Below, piece by piece: positions 7,359-16,573 of a stretch of 64,000 bases of DNA (position 1 is the stretch's first letter; every line of letters begins with the position of its first letter). A program made the position numbers and the translations under genes. Source of the DNA: an uncultured Verrucomicrobiota bacterium (lineage in GTDB: Bacteria; Verrucomicrobiota; Verrucomicrobiia; Limisphaerales; UBA8199); assembly GCA_964401575.1 (NCBI GenBank), contig CAYNZC010000004.1, forward strand, positions 3,819-67,818, read 5' to 3'. The notes under the pieces were generated by a model. That model made no database searches, had not been told where the DNA came from, and worked only from the letters and a program-made list of their open reading frames with translations.

Positions 7359-10300
7359 TCATTGCACCCGGAGCCGGTAGTAGCGCGCAGCGGGAGAGGG
7401 ACTATTATCCGGGAGGTTTGCCATGTCGCCGTTTGCCGGCACGGACGCGATCGTTGTCCAGAATGGGGCTGAAAGGTTCGTTGTGCATTCGAGGTGGTAA
7501 GTCACATTGGGCCGGGAGACTGTTACGAAGGAAAACGTGAAGCCCGAAGCGTATGATCCTGAGATGTTCAGGGTTGGTTGGGGCACCGCAAACACTTTCA
7601 AGGCATCGAATTCCATCAGGAACGCTCTCCGGTTTGGCACGTTGTTTGTATCCCATCCGACGCCTGCAATGATGAGATGCCCTGTCGCGTTTGTGCCGAC
7701 GGAATAGGCCCGGCTCAGGCTGCTGAAGATGTCCAGGTTACCCTCGCCCGCAGCCAGGTCTGTGAGATCTGTTACCGTCCAATTGTTCGGGTTGGGATCA
7801 TGCGTGTCCCACAGAACGGCACGTTCGCGATTCCGGTAGTTCATGCCCACGGCGTAGTATCCGTCGGGCGTGCAGCCGTAAGGGACCGCGAGGGTTGTGG
7901 AGCCGCCGGTGTCCGGAAAGGCCGGCAAAGCGGCAATGCTCAATTGTGTGGCAGGACCGGGGAACGTGTCGCTGAAAACGCACCTGTAAGCGAAGTTTGT
8001 CGTGCCCGAGCCGACCTTGGGGGATATTCCAAAGACCACTCTGCCGTTTGCGCTCACAGAAAACGCCTGGCCAAGGTTCGTTGACGGATTCAGGCCGTTG
8101 AAGAACCACACTTTTGGTGTTGTGGCGCCCTGCCAGTCCGCAACGTAGTTGGCATGGACCAATCCTGCAGTAGTCCGGCGCCACCCGACTGCCCGTCCGT
8201 TCGCGGACACGGCGTTCAGGCCGAGGGTATCCGGTTTCTGGGCTCCCTTGTAGCCCCAAGCTGCCGTTGCGGGCCATGCATTGGAAAAACGCCCCACATA
8301 AAGGGTCCAGTTATCATTCGCGTTCGGTCCTTCATACGTCCATGCGGAATAGAAAACATCGGAACCGGTACCGGTTGAGCCATTGGCCGCCGGGATGGAG
8401 GGAAAGTCACCCGGCGTCTGCACGCTGGTGGACCATGTCGTTCCGCCATTTGCGGTTTTCCATACGGTATGACCGCTGCTCGAGAGCCCGGAAACGACTA
8501 TTTCCTGCTGAGATCCGACCTTGCGGTTGCTCACGCCGGTGGCGAGCAGGGACTGCACCGCATCCGAACCGGCAACATTGGCGATCGAACCGCTATTGAT
8601 CCCGAACAGGAATCCGCGCGAACCTGAAACTCCCACAGCCCACGCGCCATCGGATGTCACGGCGCGGGCCTCATTGGCAGTGTCGCCCGGCAGGGGCGGG
8701 ATGTTGGTCAGGGGCGCTGCGAAGATGTTCGTGACCAGGATCAGCATGGCAGGGTTGCTGGTGACGCTCCCAAAGGTGTTTGTGACGATGCAACGGTAGT
8801 TCCCCGTGTCATTTTGATCCACGCCGCTTACGGTGAGCGCCGGGGTGCTGCTGCCTGAATAATGTCCGGTGTCGGCGAGAGGGACCGCGTCCTTTTCCCA
8901 TGTGTAATAGAGCGGCATTGAGCCGGAGGCAGAGACGCTGAACTGAGCTGTGCCGCCGGGACGCACCGACCGGTTTGCCGGTTGTTGATTCAGAGAAGGC
9001 TCCCGGTCGGACGTTTGTAGAAGGCTTTCCGCCACCCAGCCCGTGGATGAGGCAAAGGCGCATTTCCACCAGTAGTAACCTTTTGCATAGACCCCGTTTA
9101 GAGAGTGGCTCAACACGGCGCCAGTCGCGCCTGCGCTCAGCGTCGTGAAGGAGTGGTAATCGGTTCCGGGACCAAGCCGCATGTTTGCAGCGCCTCGTGT
9201 CGTGACGGTGTCCCCTGCGCCGAGGACGGACGAGCTGATTTTGGGCTTTACATTCAACATCATTAGCCCGTTTGCTACCGCGCGCTGGCTGCCATCCGAC
9301 GGAACGTTCTTGACCTCTCCATTCACCCACATCACGGAGGAGCCTCCGCCATCCATATTCACACCGTAGGTGGCGCCGAGGACGTCCCGGCAGAACGAGG
9401 CCAGTTCGGTGCTCGACATGCCAACGCTCGCCGATGAACGCCCGTCGCATACAACAAAAAATATATAGGTGGAATTATAGGCCACGGCAGTTCGCGGGTT
9501 GCGGGCGGTCAGGCCGGGGTCGGAGGTGGGTTGAGTCACGCCATTCTTGAGAAACTCGAAGTTCCCCTGAGCCAGGGCATAGGTTTTGTGCAAGCTTCGC
9601 GGGTCCGGATTGGAGCACAGGTTGCCGGAGGGACCATCGTAAAGCATCAGTCTTTGACTGATGGAAACCTGCTGTCCAACCTGGCAGTAGGTCTGCAGAA
9701 AGGTGGCCGCGGTTCCCTCCCCGGAAAGCACGATGTGATCAAAGGGAATGCTGGTGGAGCCTTGCCCAATTCGAACCTGGCGGATGGCGCCGGTCGCGGC
9801 GGCGGGAGGGTTCAGGAGGGCCAATGGAGCGGGCATTTCAACGAGCACCTCCACTCCGGAGGAGCTTGTGAGTGTGTTGTTGTTGTATTGCGGGGTGTAA
9901 ACAATCAATTGATTCGCGGCACGCGCCACGTTGATGCCGTCAAAAGCGCGGGAGGCTCCGCCGGTTGAAACCGTCTGCTCGCCCGGGAGGAAGTGCAGGC
10001 ACACGCCATTGAAATAACTGCGGTCCATTTTCCACACAAAACCCAGTTGGCCTCCCCAATCATCGAATCGCTTCGAGTACCAGCCATCGTAAATATGACC
10101 TCCTGTGATCACGCCGCTTGTATTGAAAAAGCTGCCGTTGATGCCCACCACCACGTCGTTCCGCTGCCCCCAGGATTCGCCCCAGTAGTTGATCGCATCT
10201 TCGTACCGTGCAGCCTGCGAGGAGACAATTTCCCGGGCGCCCGAGATGCGATTGCTGGCAATCATGCTGCCGATGATGGCATCCGTGTTCGCCACGGCCA

Positions 10301-10448
10301 TGCGCGTCACAAACACGTTATTGGGGTGTGTCGTGGTGAATTTCTGGTAATCAATTCCTGTTCCCACGGCGGACCACTGTGCGGCAGCCTCCCAGGCGAT
10401 CAGGCACGCTGCGAAAATCCAAACCGGCACATGCTGGGAGGTCTTCAC
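7359..10448 (-). CDS. Secreted 1029-aa multidomain protein: phosphodiester glycosidase-like + SH3b + Ig-like + HAF-type repeats + FYRV-type C-terminal module
   Basis: Signal peptide MKTSQHVPVWIFAACLIAWEAAAQ. GINGSFFN ... VNMDGGGSS (DUF2233/NAGPA-like). MRLGPGTDYHS...GWVAESLL (SH3b). PANRSVRPGGTAQFSV...DTGNYRCIVTN (Ig). AVSANGRAVGW / SVSANGRVVFG (HAF-like repeats). Ends ARYYRLRVQ. Confidence 0.8.
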   Translation of the reverse strand: MKTSQHVPVWIFAACLIAWEAAAQWSAVGTGIDYQKFTTTHPNNVFVTRMAVANTDAIIGSMIASNRISGAREIVSSQAARYEDAINYWGESWGQRNDVVVGINGSFFNTSGVITGGHIYDGWYSKRFDDWGGQLGFVWKMDRSYFNGVCLHFLPGEQTVSTGGASRAFDGINVARAANQLIVYTPQYNNNTLTSSSGVEVLVEMPAPLALLNPPAAATGAIRQVRIGQGSTSIPFDHIVLSGEGTAATFLQTYCQVGQQVSISQRLMLYDGPSGNLCSNPDPRSLHKTYALAQGNFEFLKNGVTQPTSDPGLTARNPRTAVAYNSTYIFFVVCDGRSSASVGMSSTELASFCRDVLGATYGVNMDGGGSSVMWVNGEVKNVPSDGSQRAVANGLMMLNVKPKISSSVLGAGDTVTTRGAANMRLGPGTDYHSFTTLSAGATGAVLSHSLNGVYAKGYYWWKCAFASSTGWVAESLLQTSDREPSLNQQPANRSVRPGGTAQFSVSASGSMPLYYTWEKDAVPLADTGHYSGSSTPALTVSGVDQNDTGNYRCIVTNTFGSVTSNPAMLILVTNIFAAPLTNIPPLPGDTANEARAVTSDGAWAVGVSGSRGFLFGINSGSIANVAGSDAVQSLLATGVSNRKVGSQQEIVVSGLSSSGHTVWKTANGGTTWSTSVQTPGDFPSIPAANGSTGTGSDVFYSAWTYEGPNANDNWTLYVGRFSNAWPATAAWGYKGAQKPDTLGLNAVSANGRAVGWRRTTAGLVHANYVADWQGATTPKVWFFNGLNPSTNLGQAFSVSANGRVVFGISPKVGSGTTNFAYRCVFSDTFPGPATQLSIAALPAFPDTGGSTTLAVPYGCTPDGYYAVGMNYRNRERAVLWDTHDPNPNNWTVTDLTDLAAGEGNLDIFSSLSRAYSVGTNATGHLIIAGVGWDTNNVPNRRAFLMEFDALKVFAVPQPTLNISGSYASGFTFSFVTVSRPNVTYHLECTTNLSAPFWTTIASVPANGDMANLPDNSPSPAARYYRLRVQ

Positions 10449-10688
10449 GGGACTATTATAGCATACCCGCTCGGGGCGAGAAGGGCCAAGTGTGCCTTGG
10501 TTGGGTGGTATTGGCCTGTTCGGGGCGAACCTATCCAGGCAGTTGCGAGAGGTGACCGTGTGCCCGGGATTTCAGTTGTCCCGATGTTGTTTGGAGGAAG
10601 CAGGGATATTGCAGCGCCCAATCTTTCACACTCTGGCGCTTGTCATGAGGGCTTGGTTCATCCACCTTGGGAAGGCGGGATTGGCACC

Positions 10689-11132
10689 ATGCCAAAGAGC
10701 AGCACATACTCATTTAGACGTTTCCTCCAAAGTTGGATCATCAACACTTTGGCGGTGCTCGTGGCTGTTTACGTTCTGGAGGGATTAAGGTTCAAACAGG
10801 ACGACATTTGGACGCCCTTCGTTGTCGCACTACTGCTCGGCATTCTGAACGCATTTATCCGGCCTATTGTGATGTTTCTGGCGCTTCCGCTGCTGTTTGT
10901 GACGCTGGGCCTGTTCATGTTGGTAATCAACGCCGGGATGCTTTACCTGGTGGGCTTGATCCTTGGGTCGCATTTTGAAGTGCATGGGTTTGGAGCTGCC
11001 TTCCTGGGCGCATTGATCATCAGCGTCATCTCCACGGTGCTTAACGTGTTGACCGGCACAAACCGGTCTTCGATTCGTGTGAAGAAGACACCCCGAAAGC
11101 CGGAGAGTCGCCAAGACGTTATCGACATTTGA
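10689..11132 (+). CDS. Phage-holin-family / DUF360 four-TM membrane protein
   Basis: ATG at 10689. WIINTLAVLVAVYVL...LLGILNAFIRPIVMFLALPLLFVTLGLFMLVINAGMLYLV matches the PF04020-type pattern. The upstream part of ORF 9993 is antisense to the 7359-10448 gene and was discarded. Confidence 0.8.
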   Translation: MPKSSTYSFRRFLQSWIINTLAVLVAVYVLEGLRFKQDDIWTPFVVALLLGILNAFIRPIVMFLALPLLFVTLGLFMLVINAGMLYLVGLILGSHFEVHGFGAAFLGALIISVISTVLNVLTGTNRSSIRVKKTPRKPESRQDVIDI

Positions 11133-11155
11133 CTCAGACCCTGCCTTGCGTTTAA

Positions 11156-11752
11156 TCACATCACTCTGGTGTAGGCGACCCTCCGCGTTGAAATGCCGCG
11201 CGCGTTGAACTCGCGCTCGAAATCCGTCACCGCCTGCGCCAATCCCGAGGGGGTCTCGAATGGGGCAAAGCTGGAACATTGCCTGAAGACCTGTTGCATC
11301 TGAGCAGAATAGGGCTCATCGTCTGTTCGCAGGTAAACGGCGCCGCCCACTCTCAAGGCGCGGGCGGCGATCATCGGGAAACCCTCGTTCACAAGGCGGC
11401 GCTGCCAGTGTTTTCTTTTTGGCCAGGGATCCGGAAAGTAAACGTGAATTGCAGAAAGGCTGCCCGGGCTGACGAGATAACGCAGCATGTAGGAGCACTC
11501 GATCCGTATTGCCAGCAGATTTTGCAGTCCTGCCCTGCGGCCTTTCCTGTCGAGTTTCCGAAGCCGTCCCAGGAGACGCTCCACTCCCACGAAGTTCACA
11601 TCGCGGTGCTGCGATGCGTACTCAGCGAGGAACGAGCCATCCCCGCTGCCGAGTTCGAGTTCGACCGGTTGCTCGGACGGGAACATCTGCGCGAAGCGCA
11701 GGGGCTCGACCACGCTCTCCAGGGTGTAAATCAGACTTTGCTGATCAGACAT
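11156..11752 (-). CDS. trmB: tRNA (guanine46-N7)-methyltransferase
   Basis: LELGSGDGSFL SAM motif and VYFPDPWPKRKHWQRRLV, the hallmark TrmB block. ATG at 11752 is preferred over GTG at 11773. Confidence 0.85.
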   Translation of the reverse strand: MSDQQSLIYTLESVVEPLRFAQMFPSEQPVELELGSGDGSFLAEYASQHRDVNFVGVERLLGRLRKLDRKGRRAGLQNLLAIRIECSYMLRYLVSPGSLSAIHVYFPDPWPKRKHWQRRLVNEGFPMIAARALRVGGAVYLRTDDEPYSAQMQQVFRQCSSFAPFETPSGLAQAVTDFEREFNARGISTRRVAYTRVM

Positions 11753-14048
11753 GTTTTGGCGGGTTTTGAGCACGGCCGCTTCGCAAAAGCAAGTGCCGTC
11801 CCACGAGGTAAAGAAGCAGGGTGAGCAATGCGAAGGGGAGCAGGGACAAAGCGTTAGAATATGGGCCGGAGAAGAACGGATTGTTCGACTCTGCCCATTT
11901 TGTCAGGGTGTGGTCGAAGTTGCCCAGCAAGCCGGCAACAAAGGCGATGACAATGCCGGCAATCGCGCCCCCGGCGATGTAGCCGCTGGCCAGCAGCACG
12001 CCCGGGCTGCGGTCGCTTGCGGCATCCAGTTCGGCAGCGTCCAGCTTATGGTGCGCCAGGTCCTTTCGCATCCGGCGATCCACCAGCCAGCGGATGAGTC
12101 CACCCACGAATATGGGGGCGGATGAGGACATGGGCAGATACACGCCAACAGCGAATGTCAGCGAGGAGATTCCGCAAAGCTCGACGGCGACCGCGAGCAT
12201 GATGCCGAACAGGACCATGCCCCATGGGAGTTGCCGGTCCAGCATGCCTTTTATGATGTAGCTCATGAGCGTTGCCTTTGGAGCATCGAACTTGCGCACC
12301 TCGCTGCCATCCGGTCGTGTTCTGTGAAATCCATTGATGCCCGGGTCGGCAAGCCAGACCGCCGTTCCGGAATCGTCCACGAGGTATTTGCCCGCCGGAC
12401 CGCCATCCGGGGTTGTTTTGTGCCACACCCGGTACACGTCCTTGTCTGAAGCGGCTTGAGGGCCCTTGAGGGTTTCCGTTCGAACCAGGCTCTCGGGATT
12501 TGGAGCTCGCAAGCCGGGCGCCACCTGTGCCGCCGGGACGTAAACGGTTGCGGTGTTATTTAACCCCAACAGAATTGGCCCGATGAGCAAGGCGCTGGCG
12601 GCCGCTCCTGCAAGGATTGCGATTTGCTGTTTTTTGGGAGTGGCGCCGATCAGAAACCCCGTCTTGAGGTCCTGCGAGGTTGTGCCGCCGTTCGAGGCTG
12701 CCACGCACACGATGCCGCCGACCGAAAGGGCCGTCACGTAAGCGGTGCCGCCCGTCCAGCCTGCCAGCAGGAACACCAGGCACGTGAGGAGCAGGGTGGC
12801 GACTGTCATTCCGGAAATCGGGTTTGACGAGGATCCGATCTCGCCCGTGAGCCGGGAGGAGACCGTGACGAACAGAAATCCAAACAGAATGATCAGGATG
12901 GCGCCGACAATGTTCATGTGAAGCGACGGGGTCGCAATGATGGCTACAATCAACGCGGCAATACCGCCGATCACGAACCGCATGGAGAGGTCCTGATCCG
13001 TGCGCAACGGACCGCTTCCGTCGCTTCTTGATCCGCGCAGGTCCGCCAGCCCGGACTTTAGACCGTGGAGAATGATGGGAAGCGAGCGGAAAAGGCTGAT
13101 AATGCCACCGGCAGCCACCGCTCCCGCGCCAATGTACAGGATATACGAGCCGCGGATTTCCGATGGACTCATCTGGGCGATCGGCTTTGTGCCGGGCGGA
13201 AGAATGCCCGGCGCCGTATCCCCGAAAAAGGCGATCATGGGAATGAGCACGAGAGCGTTCAGGACTCCCCCCGCGATCATGATGCCGCCGATGCGCGGCC
13301 CGATGATATAGCCCACGCCGAGCAATTCCGGCGAAATCTCCGCAGCGATAGATCCTCCCTTCAGGGGCGCCCCGAAGATTTTTTCGGGGACATCCTTCCA
13401 CAACTTGAGTGCCGCCATGGCTGTCTTGTAGGCCAGTCCCAGCCCGAATCCTGTGAAGATGGTTGTGGCGCTGATGCCCGAGGCCAGCACCCCCGTCGCC
13501 GCCGGACGTGCCTGCGTGGCAGCCGTACGGGACTCTTCCGACGCACCCGCCTTGAGCACCTCCGCGCAGGCCGTGCCTTCCGGGTATTTGAGTGTGCCGT
13601 GCTGGGCCACAATCAGGGCCCTGCGCAGCGGAATCATCATCAGAATCCCGATCAGGCCGCCCATCAGCCCCACCACCAGCACACGTCCAATCTCCAGGTC
13701 GAACCCCAGAATAAGGATGGCAGGCATTGTGACACCCAGCCCAAAGGCAATGGACTCACCAGCCGACCCTGCCGTCTGAACGATGTTGTTCTCAAGAATC
13801 GTCGCGTCTTTGCCGCCGGCCTTTGACCAAAGCCGGAACAGTGTCAGTGAGATTACTGCCACGGGAATCGAGGCGCTCACAGTCAGGCCGACCTTCAAGA
13901 CGAGGTAAAGGGAGGATGCGCCAAATATAATGCCAAGAATTGTGCCGGTGATCAGCGCGCGGGCTGTCAGTTCCGGCATCCGCACATGAGCCGGAATGTA
14001 CGGTTCGGCTGCATTGGCGGCAGACGTGGCTGGCTTGGCGCTTTCCAT
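11745..14048 (-). CDS. OPT family oligopeptide transporter
   Basis: 767 aa and polytopic. N-terminal ELTARALITGTILGIIFGASSLYLVLKVGLTVSASIPVAV is the typical OPT-superfamily signature, with a soluble insert in the middle. Confidence 0.85.
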   Translation of the reverse strand: MESAKPATSAANAAEPYIPAHVRMPELTARALITGTILGIIFGASSLYLVLKVGLTVSASIPVAVISLTLFRLWSKAGGKDATILENNIVQTAGSAGESIAFGLGVTMPAILILGFDLEIGRVLVVGLMGGLIGILMMIPLRRALIVAQHGTLKYPEGTACAEVLKAGASEESRTAATQARPAATGVLASGISATTIFTGFGLGLAYKTAMAALKLWKDVPEKIFGAPLKGGSIAAEISPELLGVGYIIGPRIGGIMIAGGVLNALVLIPMIAFFGDTAPGILPPGTKPIAQMSPSEIRGSYILYIGAGAVAAGGIISLFRSLPIILHGLKSGLADLRGSRSDGSGPLRTDQDLSMRFVIGGIAALIVAIIATPSLHMNIVGAILIILFGFLFVTVSSRLTGEIGSSSNPISGMTVATLLLTCLVFLLAGWTGGTAYVTALSVGGIVCVAASNGGTTSQDLKTGFLIGATPKKQQIAILAGAAASALLIGPILLGLNNTATVYVPAAQVAPGLRAPNPESLVRTETLKGPQAASDKDVYRVWHKTTPDGGPAGKYLVDDSGTAVWLADPGINGFHRTRPDGSEVRKFDAPKATLMSYIIKGMLDRQLPWGMVLFGIMLAVAVELCGISSLTFAVGVYLPMSSSAPIFVGGLIRWLVDRRMRKDLAHHKLDAAELDAASDRSPGVLLASGYIAGGAIAGIVIAFVAGLLGNFDHTLTKWAESNNPFFSGPYSNALSLLPFALLTLLLYLVGRHLLLRSGRAQNPPKHV

Positions 14049-14146
14049 CTAGAACAAATAACCAGTGCGCGGCGGAGCGGCAACCTGTTTCAATTTACAA
14101 TCGGGCGGAGGCCGCAGGCGGACGCCGGCGCTCATGCACGAAACAC

Positions 14147-14611
14147 TCAAAGCGGCAGCATCTCCACCGTCATTTTCCGATCGCGCAGGTGAAGCATTGC
14201 CACGCTTCGGGGGAGCGAGAATCGCTTTTTGCCAGCACAGCCGGGATTCAAGAATCGAATACCCTCCACCTCGGCGTCGAACGGGGAGTGCGTGTGGCCG
14301 AACACGACCACCTGTGGCCGGGTTGCGTTGATCCGGGAACGCAAATCATCGCCGGGGAGGCGGGGATTAACAATGTGCTGCACGAGAAATCGAAGCCCGC
14401 CAAGCTCGACGGTCTCCGAGAGTGAATAGCCGAACATGGGATCGTCTGTGTTGCCCGCAACGGCTGTGACCGGCGCGATCTGTCGCAACTGATCGAGAAT
14501 CGCGGGCTGTCCGATGTCGCCCGCGTGCAGGATGTGGCCCACGCCATGGAACATCTTAAGGATGTGAGGGTCGAGGAAGTTGTGTGTGTCCGAAATGACG
14601 CCAACCTTCAT
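14147..14611 (-). CDS. YfcE/MJ0936-type metallophosphoesterase
   Basis: MKVGVISDTHN, HAGDIG, VFGHTH, NPGC motifs. Confidence 0.85.
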   Translation of the reverse strand: MKVGVISDTHNFLDPHILKMFHGVGHILHAGDIGQPAILDQLRQIAPVTAVAGNTDDPMFGYSLSETVELGGLRFLVQHIVNPRLPGDDLRSRINATRPQVVVFGHTHSPFDAEVEGIRFLNPGCAGKKRFSLPRSVAMLHLRDRKMTVEMLPL

Positions 14612-15243
14612 CACGCCTTTGCTTCATCGGGTTCCGGGGCTTCTTTAGGCTCCGCTTCCGGAGCTTCCTCTTCGTCCGTCTTCTTTTCGCGGGCGGATTC
14701 GGCGGCGTGGGTTAATTTCATTGCCCCGACAAAAAGGCCGGTGAACAAGCCGCCGCTCATGAGGGTATTCCGGAAAAACTCCCAGGTCTGCGGCCATCCC
14801 GCAGTGCCTGTCGTCAGGGCCTTCAACCAGCCCAAAAGGGTCTTGCTGTACTCGGGGCTGCCGAATGGGTTAAAAAACCATGCCGCTGTGTTGGTTATCA
14901 GGTAAAAGAGCAGGGCGCCCAGGATGCCTCCGCCCAGAAGGCCGAGGAACGATGTCTCGGGTTTAAACCTGCGGCCAAGCCAGATCAGGCAGCCAAATGA
15001 GAGGTAATTGAAAAACTGCGAGCGCAGCATCGGGATCTCGAACACGCTGCAGCCCAGTGAGAGATAGTAAATGTCCAGCCCCAGATCCGTGATGAACAAC
15101 GTGCCGAGTGGCAGCCACCAGGCCATGGATCCGGCGAAGTAAACCCCGGCGCAGAAAGCAATTGCGTAGGCTGCGCTGAAGTTGGGAGGCAGCATGCCGG
15201 GGATGCGCGAGAGCGCAAACACAACCATGAACAAAATGGGCAT
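14611..15243 (-). CDS. Integral membrane protein (DUF6580-like), acidic C-terminal tail
   Basis: Multi-TM ORF. ATG at 15243 (MPILFMVVFALSRIPG) is preferred over GTG at 15261. The stop overlaps the downstream start by 1 nt. The family assignment is from memory only. Confidence 0.55.
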   Translation of the reverse strand: MPILFMVVFALSRIPGMLPPNFSAAYAIAFCAGVYFAGSMAWWLPLGTLFITDLGLDIYYLSLGCSVFEIPMLRSQFFNYLSFGCLIWLGRRFKPETSFLGLLGGGILGALLFYLITNTAAWFFNPFGSPEYSKTLLGWLKALTTGTAGWPQTWEFFRNTLMSGGLFTGLFVGAMKLTHAAESAREKKTDEEEAPEAEPKEAPEPDEAKA

Positions 15244-15387
15244 TACCAGCCTGCCTTTCACGGGGTCACACCTTATTAGAAAAAGCCCTTTTTACAAGGC
15301 CAATTCCCGGTCCCTTTCCACCTCCAAAAACTCCGGGGGCAAGCACGGTTGCGCGTCGGCTGTCGCGTGGAGATTTGCAGCACGCCA

Positions 15388-16371
15388 CTATTTCGCAAAA
15401 CACGCGTATTCCTCCCCCACTTGTCCCTGCTGTTCATTCCCTTCATGAAAGAGGAAACGATACTTGAACGTGAGCGCGGAGCCGGCGGGCAACTTCAGTT
15501 CGCCCGCCGCCTTGTCGGGAAGGGACTCGAAATCATGTTTTCCGAAGGGGTTTGCCGCAAACAGCCCATAGTCGCGGACATGCCACCAGGTCGGAAACCG
15601 GGGATTTGACGGGTGATCGAAAATGGCAATGCCCGCCGCATTGGCGCCGATACTGCCAAAGTAATCACACCATTTGGCTCTCTTTCCCCAGGCTTGTCCG
15701 TCGCGCAAACCTTCGCTATTGATAATATGACCGCTGCCCTTGGCGACTTTCATGGATTCCGCGATCCGGATACCCAGGGTGCCTTCCTTTGTATCTCCGA
15801 AGATTAACTCGCCTTCCGATGCGCGAATCGTGATTTCGAAGTCGATGATCCGCGAGGTCTTGTTGATCTTTGAGACGGAGAAACGCATGGTGCGCTCGTC
15901 CGTGCAAATCAGTTTGCCGTCTTTATTCACCCAATCATTGGCGGTTTTGATCGTGCCATGGTCCTTTGCCGACTCGACCGCTTTGAACTTCCGGTGCTTA
16001 ACGCTTCCGGCGCCCGGCAGCTCGGACCAGAAATCAATGCCGTTCACCTTGCCATGCGCGAACCATAGTGAACGCTGGTGGGGATGATCCTTCGACTCGC
16101 CCGGGGCATCAACCATCGGCCAGTTGCGCGTCATCGGCGCCTGGGCCGGTCCGTAGATGGGATAGAGATACGGGCGGGAAGGGTAGGAGAAGACGTACTC
16201 CGTGAACAAGGATTTGCCCAGCCAGACCTGGATGCGGTCTGGAAGCTCCTTCATGATTACTGTTTCGGAAGGCTCCCGGGCCGTTTGAGACCCTTCCACG
16301 GGTCCGCTGCCGATGAGAAGCATGCAGGCGGCGATGCAAGACCAGGCAGTAATCCATCCGGATGTTTTCAT
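15388..16371 (-). CDS. PmoA-family / DUF6807 secreted protein
   Basis: Signal peptide, then SRPYLYPIYGP...DHPHQRSLWFAHGKVNGIDFWSE, characteristic of the PF14100-type family. Confidence 0.7.
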   Translation of the reverse strand: MKTSGWITAWSCIAACMLLIGSGPVEGSQTAREPSETVIMKELPDRIQVWLGKSLFTEYVFSYPSRPYLYPIYGPAQAPMTRNWPMVDAPGESKDHPHQRSLWFAHGKVNGIDFWSELPGAGSVKHRKFKAVESAKDHGTIKTANDWVNKDGKLICTDERTMRFSVSKINKTSRIIDFEITIRASEGELIFGDTKEGTLGIRIAESMKVAKGSGHIINSEGLRDGQAWGKRAKWCDYFGSIGANAAGIAIFDHPSNPRFPTWWHVRDYGLFAANPFGKHDFESLPDKAAGELKLPAGSALTFKYRFLFHEGNEQQGQVGEEYACFAK

Positions 16372-16573
16372 GGGATGAACTATAAGTATGCCGGTTGCGC
16401 TTGCAATCGGGAAGTTCCGGGTTGAAGGCGGAGAGGATTTTTACTCCGACCAGGTTGTTACCCGTTGAAAAAACCTGAAAGCGCGTTTAGGGTTTGCTGC
16501 GGGTCCCTGGAGAACCTCATCGCGGATCTCTTTGACGTGCGGGTTGTTCGGAGGCCTGTCCGGAACCGTTTTT

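Noticed and set aside
9993-10688. N-terminal 232 codons of the 379-aa plus-strand ORF 9993-11132
   Set aside because: It lies antisense to the well-supported 7359-10448 gene and has the Arg/Ala/His/Gly-rich composition typical of GC shadow frames. The recognisable DUF360/holin-family sequence begins at the ATG at 10689.
10689-11132. Possible prophage remnant, suggested by the 'phage holin family' name
   Set aside because: No other phage genes (integrase, terminase, capsid, lysin) are nearby. DUF360-type proteins are common stand-alone chromosomal membrane proteins.
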